Of a stretch of DNA of 64,000 nucleotides, positions 60,150 to 64,000 are shown piece after piece. The position numbers were made by a program, and so were the translations under genes. Every line of letters begins with the position of its first letter. The stretch's first letter is position 1. Where the stretch lies: positions 419,263 through 483,262 of IMG/VR virus record IMGVR_UViG_3300027996_002186. The stretch is one strand, 5' to 3'. Below the pieces are notes generated by a model. The model worked only from the letters and a program-made list of their open reading frames with translations. It had not been told where the DNA came from and searched no databases.

Positions 60150-60317
60150 ATGAAAATAACAGCTAAACATTTATACCCTATGAGAACAGTAACAGGACTA
60201 AATTATAAATCTCCTTGGAGCGGAAATAAGATTAGAATGGCTAAACTTAATAACATCTTTAAATTAACAATAACCAAAGAACCTAAAACATTACTAACAA
60301 CATATGAAAACTTATGA
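60150..60317 (+). CDS. 55-aa ORF with tag-like motif (not in ORF track)
   Basis: MKITAKHLYP...IRMAKLNNIFK...; ATGA overlap with next ORF. Confidence 0.5.
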   Translation: MKITAKHLYPMRTVTGLNYKSPWSGNKIRMAKLNNIFKLTITKEPKTLLTTYENL

Positions 60318-60436
60318 ATAAACAAAGCACTTGGAATGATAATAATCCTTATGATTATGAATTACCTTGGAAAGATAATAAACCTAATAAAACGATAATA
60401 AGAATGCGTAAGATTCTAAAGATATATGATGAGTGA
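60314..60436 (+). CDS. 40-aa ORF with C-terminal tag-like motif (not in ORF track)
   Basis: MNKQSTW...IRMRKILKIYDE. Confidence 0.5.
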   Translation: MNKQSTWNDNNPYDYELPWKDNKPNKTIIRMRKILKIYDE

Positions 60437-60462
60437 TAGAATAGAAAGTGATAAGAAGTTAA

Positions 60463-60624
60463 ATGAATATAATGAAGTTTAAAAGTCCAGGAGTAAGCAC
60501 TAAAGAGAAAGACTTGGCGATAATGCAGATAAAGAGCACAAATTCGAATTACCTGACACAAACATTTATAAGGTACAAACCTAATAAAAGGAAAACATCT
60601 ATAATTAAAATATATGGTGAATAG
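60463..60624 (+). CDS. 53-aa ORF with SPGV motif and tag-like end (not in ORF track)
   Basis: MNIMKFKSPGVSTKEKDL...KRKTSIIKIYGE. Confidence 0.5.
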   Translation: MNIMKFKSPGVSTKEKDLAIMQIKSTNSNYLTQTFIRYKPNKRKTSIIKIYGE

Positions 60625-60852
60625 TTAAGTAAAAAGAAAGAATCAATTAAGAAAAGTAAATTGAAGTAAATTGATACATAGTGAACTTAGTACAGAATAA
60701 TGGTTGTATTTCTGTAAGATTTTGAGTTGATCCTATCAGATCCTATCAGTCTCTCTTGATTTACCTTTTTAGGTACTTACGTGTATATGCAGCCATCGTC
60801 TGAACACCGTACACCCATTAGATCACAGACGGGTACTTTTTTGAGATAAAAT

Positions 60853-61287
60853 TTGAAAGATATGAAGAATGAATTAACAGTGCGTACTGAGGTTATAAGT
60901 GTTGAATTTACTTGTAGTAATTACAATAGAATGGCTACTATCTTGGCGCCAAAATTTTCTAATCATGTACTGAGTGTAAAGGCTACTTGGTCAAACATTT
61001 CTTTTGACGCCAACAGTAAGTTTACCAGACGGAGAAAGTCCTATGCAAATTCTGTTAGTACTGATATTTTACTAGCACCTCCTGGAGGTTCTCGTTTCAA
61101 ATATAACGCCAAGTGTTTTTTAACGGGTGAATACAAATTAGATTTGAGGTGGTATGAATATTTTGGTTTAAATTCAGATGTTGATATTGAAATACAGAAG
61201 GAGGGTACTATGGAGTTACCGGTTGAGATATATTATACTTCTGTTATCTTGGATAGGCAGGATAAATTGGAGACGTTAGGAGTGTAG
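60853..61287 (+). CDS. Hypothetical protein with C-terminal tag
   Basis: Ends DRQDKLETLGV. Confidence 0.65.
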   Translation: MKDMKNELTVRTEVISVEFTCSNYNRMATILAPKFSNHVLSVKATWSNISFDANSKFTRRRKSYANSVSTDILLAPPGGSRFKYNAKCFLTGEYKLDLRWYEYFGLNSDVDIEIQKEGTMELPVEIYYTSVILDRQDKLETLGV

Positions 61288-61290
61288 TTA

Positions 61291-61557
61291 TTATTTTGTA
61301 CCTCTTTTTTGATTGTTGAATTTATCTGCGGCTTCCCAGCCGAATATTTGTTTAGTAGCTATATATGAATCATCTTCCATTCCTTCTATGTTAAGTGAGA
61401 TACTTTTCCCAAAGCAAGATACTTTATCACTATGTACATAACAGAACCCTGCTGATATAGGATTCAGATATCTAAAAGTGGAGTGTTCGGTGCATGTGTG
61501 AAAGATTATAATCTGGTTATATTCTTTTAGTCTTACGTATTTTTGTTTTGTATCCAT
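61291..61557 (-). CDS. Conserved phage-type hypothetical protein
   Basis: KYV...IIF....H...PISAGF...C.G.S.SL. Confidence 0.65.
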   Translation of the reverse strand: MDTKQKYVRLKEYNQIIIFHTCTEHSTFRYLNPISAGFCYVHSDKVSCFGKSISLNIEGMEDDSYIATKQIFGWEAADKFNNQKRGTK

Positions 61558-61596
61558 TTAGTATTTGGTTTACTTTGATGTAAGTTATGTGTTTTG

Positions 61597-61669
61597 TTGT
61601 CCCACTAGGGCTCGAACCTAGACTCTTCTGTACCAAAAACAGACGTGTTGCCAGTTACACCATGGGACA
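61597..61669 (-). tRNA. tRNA-Gln (anticodon UUG), 3' CCA not encoded
   Basis: TGTCCCA/TGGGACA acceptor stem, TCTGT-TTTTGGT-ACAGA anticodon arm, CTAGG-TTCGAGC-CCTAG T arm; followed by CAA rather than CCA. Confidence 0.93.
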
Positions 61670-61705
61670 GGATTTAATAATCCCTTTTACTATTCTTTCT
61701 ATTCC

Positions 61706-61735
61706 ATAAAGATACGGAATCTATATTAATATATC
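61706..61735 (-). promoter_or_regulatory. Putative host-RNAP promoter for tRNA-Gln
   Basis: CCGTATCTTTAT on minus strand, similar to Bacteroidota -7 element TAnnTTTG; related copies at 62267, 62349, 63288. Confidence 0.55.
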
Positions 61736-61943
61736 AAGTTAATATATACATTAATAAAAAAACTATATAAAATGGCAAGAGGAATAATATTTAAGGATAA
61801 TGGTATAAGCTCATTGAGAGGTATTTTATTAAACTTAATTTATATTGGACTTATACAAAATTCCGTGTGGATTTCTGTATATTTCTAAATTATATAAGCA
61901 GGTTGGAGTCCACTCTGTGGTTTTCTGTAATTTATGGCACATA

Positions 61944-62000
61944 AACTTCACTTGGTAGTTTTAATATCTTCTGCTATAAATAAAACTACCAAGTGAAGTT
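61944..62000. terminator. 20-bp perfect inverted repeat (terminator or cruciform)
   Basis: AACTTCACTTGGTAGTTTTA (61944-61963) / TAAAACTACCAAGTGAAGTT (61981-62000), 17-nt loop. Confidence 0.7.
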
Positions 62001-62005
62001 AATTA

Positions 62006-62227
62006 TTATTGTGCGTTAGTCACAGCCGTAGCTTCAGCTAAACTTTTAATACCTGCTTTGATTACTTTTCTTCCACGACAAACAACATACTCAGAAGATC
62101 CAACTTGTCTACCTTTGTTCCCTCTGCCTACTTCAGCCTTTTTATAAGACACTTTTTGTCTGATGTCGTAGTTATTTACTTTAGTGATGTAATTTCCGAT
62201 TGTGGTTGCTTTTGTTTTTGAGGCCAT
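62006..62227 (-). CDS. Small basic protein
   Basis: ORF flanked by promoter-like motif and hairpin. Confidence 0.7.
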   Translation of the reverse strand: MASKTKATTIGNYITKVNNYDIRQKVSYKKAEVGRGNKGRQVGSSEYVVCRGRKVIKAGIKSLAEATAVTNAQ

Positions 62228-62266
62228 TGTGTTATATTTTAAATTGTTTATATTTCTTTAATCCTC

Positions 62267-62370
62267 GTAAAGATACAATAAATTATTATAATTAACAAAA
62301 ATATGTGTGTTTTTCTGTACTTTTATTATATTATAATAAAGGCATCATGTAAATATACGGATAATATTTG
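62267..62370 (-). promoter_or_regulatory. Two putative host-RNAP promoters
   Basis: TTGTATCTTTAC (62267-62278) and CCGTATATTTAC (62349-62360) on minus strand. Confidence 0.5.
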
Positions 62371-62624
62371 ACATATACAAGTAATGAAGCTGTTTTATTC
62401 CACTTAGTTAAGTATCTAAGATAATATAATACGAATTCTCCTGATGTTAATTTCATTTATCCCATTTATCTAAGGGTTTAATCCCTACTATTTTTTCTAA
62501 TCCTTTTATAATTGGCTTCGCGAATATTATAAATATCGACATACCCAATAACCAACCCATAAACATTATACATAAATCACACATCATTTCCATTTATATT
62601 GTTTGAATAAACTTTTCTTTAATA

Positions 62625-62900
62625 TCATCTTCTGACCACCTTTGTTTTGTAAGCTAAATCACATTCAGACTTTTCTACATCACTGTTACATTCACAAGAT
62701 TTACCATAAGAACATTTCCATTCGCTTTGGTTTAATAATTCAATTCTTGCTAATATTACTTTAAGATTACATTCATCACAGCATCTTCCTTTGTTAAGAG
62801 GTTCTGCATTGTTACCATATCCTTCATATGTTGATAAACATATAGAACATTTTTTTTCTTTGTTATCCATAAAATCCCATTCTTTAGTACTGTTAATCAT
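62625..62900 (-). CDS. Small Zn-finger protein
   Basis: CSIC...GYGNNAEP...GRCCDECN. Confidence 0.7.
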   Translation of the reverse strand: MINSTKEWDFMDNKEKKCSICLSTYEGYGNNAEPLNKGRCCDECNLKVILARIELLNQSEWKCSYGKSCECNSDVEKSECDLAYKTKVVRR

Positions 62901-62928
62901 ATCTCTATATTATTTATAAGTTTTTTTA

Positions 62929-63261
62929 TTATCTAATTGAAATTACTATTCCACCTGTGAACACCAATGCTCCTGTTAAAATTGGCCATATCTTTGCTTG
63001 TTGAAAAAATGGTTTCATTTCGGTTGTTGATCCACCTACATAACTTGGTGGTGTAAGTAATCCAGCAACAATGAATGTAGCACCACCTAACATCATTCCA
63101 ACACCAATTGGTATATTAGATTCCTCAGGATATCCATATGATGTGTTTAGATTTAATTCGATGGGTTCTAATGGTTCGATGAACATTAAAGGTTGGTAGG
63201 AGTCTTGTGCGCCTAGATTAAAGCTTAGTATCAGTACAATTGTTAATATAATATTTTTCAT
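62929..63261 (-). CDS. Secreted/membrane protein
   Basis: Signal peptide ending LGA|Q plus two C-terminal hydrophobic helices. Confidence 0.7.
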   Translation of the reverse strand: MKNIILTIVLILSFNLGAQDSYQPLMFIEPLEPIELNLNTSYGYPEESNIPIGVGMMLGGATFIVAGLLTPPSYVGGSTTEMKPFFQQAKIWPILTGALVFTGGIVISIR

Positions 63262-63287
63262 ATGTTTGTTTTTGGGTTATACAATAT

Positions 63288-63317
63288 CACAAGATACGGA
63301 TAATATATTGATTATAT
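63288..63317 (-). promoter_or_regulatory. Putative host-RNAP promoter
   Basis: CCGTATCTTGTG about 27 nt upstream of the 63261 start. Confidence 0.5.
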
Positions 63318-63617
63318 GGTGTTTTTTATATCCAATTTTTTAGATAAGCACCATATAATCATTTCCTTTAACAGTTGATGTATTGGATGTAATACCAAAA
63401 GTATTGCTTTTATTTACAATTTTCGCAAATCCTACCCTTGTTATAATCTTGCATTGCACCGTCCCTGACGTGTTTGGATTTCTTTATTCCAATCTATATC
63501 CTTAATAATAAGGTAATAAAATACTATTGCTAGTACTAATGTAGGTAATCCACACACTAATATAGTAATAATAAGAAAAATATCCGTTAATATGTTAGTT
63601 ATAGCTTTCATATCATT

Positions 63618-63809
63618 TTATCTTTCATCATCTTTCATTTTTTGTACTTTCAGAGTCATATCACCATTAACTAATCCAGATTGACTTAGGGTTTTGAATT
63701 GTTCTTTGGTAAAGACTTTTAAATCTCCCTCGTCCATCTGCCATCGGTACATCTGTCCATAGCTTTGTAAAGACAGAAACACCAATAGCAGTATAAGACA
63801 TCTATTCAT
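63618..63809 (-). CDS. Small secreted protein
   Basis: Signal peptide ending SYG|Q. Confidence 0.55.
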   Translation of the reverse strand: MNRCLILLLVFLSLQSYGQMYRWQMDEGDLKVFTKEQFKTLSQSGLVNGDMTLKVQKMKDDER

Positions 63810-64000
63810 CTTCTTTGTTTTTGTTTAATTCTTTTTTACTAACTCTTTTCAGAATAGTAACACAAAATAAATTATCTCTATCTTTAATTCTTTCTGCAAA
63901 CTCAATAGCACGTTCCTTTGTTAATGGATTGCTCTGTTGTATTAATGCCTCTTGCATCATAGCAGTTGAATCTTCCGCAAATACTATGTAGTTATTATCT

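Noticed and set aside
1-64000. Stop-codon reassignment, as in some huge phages
   Set aside because: Known enzymes are full length in the standard code, and TAG/TGA end genes at sensible positions (e.g. 4492, 21929, 1411)
1-64000. CRISPR array, DGR or retron
   Set aside because: No regularly spaced repeats, no reverse transcriptase motifs and no template/variable repeat pair were seen
1-64000. Bacterial chromosome or eukaryotic giant virus origin
   Set aside because: gp6-like baseplate, homing endonuclease, dense hypothetical ORFs, bacterial sigma/HU genes and operon-style overlaps fit a large bacteriophage better; no core NCLDV or ribosomal genes were seen

Overview
Very AT-rich, gene-dense window from what appears to be a large (jumbo/huge) T4-like myophage using the standard genetic code. 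A Bacteroidota (Flavobacteria-like) host is inferred from T9SS-type cargo proteins, an Hc1-type histone-like protein and TAnnTTTG-like promoters. Recognisable genes: nucleotide/sugar metabolism (MazG-like, galE, prs, HAD, GT2-TPR, folA, AAA_28 kinase, gmk, dNK), a PAS histidine kinase with a lone receiver protein, a gp6-like baseplate wedge, a GIY-YIG homing endonuclease, Dam-type methylase, Hc1, HU, lytic transglycosylase, two nucleotidyltransferases, oligopeptidase A, NADAR, an ECF sigma factor, four secreted T9SS-type proteins and tRNA-Gln(UUG). The main unexplained structure is two short peptide 'address tags' on otherwise unrelated proteins. (1) An N-terminal MK(Y/H)(L/I)Kx(F/Y)xxFE motif on about 17 ORFs resembles the T4 capsid-targeting sequence; it goes with a TAATATATA promoter-like motif, internal (N/F)E-S sites and a 10-copy paralogous domain. 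(2) A mostly C-terminal RxxK(I/L)xx(I/L) motif occurs on about 14 other ORFs. Also notable: a 214-aa minimal family-B polymerase core, a three-gene secreted operon whose first two products end in IxHN, and a strand-composition switch near 60.1-60.9 kb. All calls come from reading motifs by eye; no searches were run.
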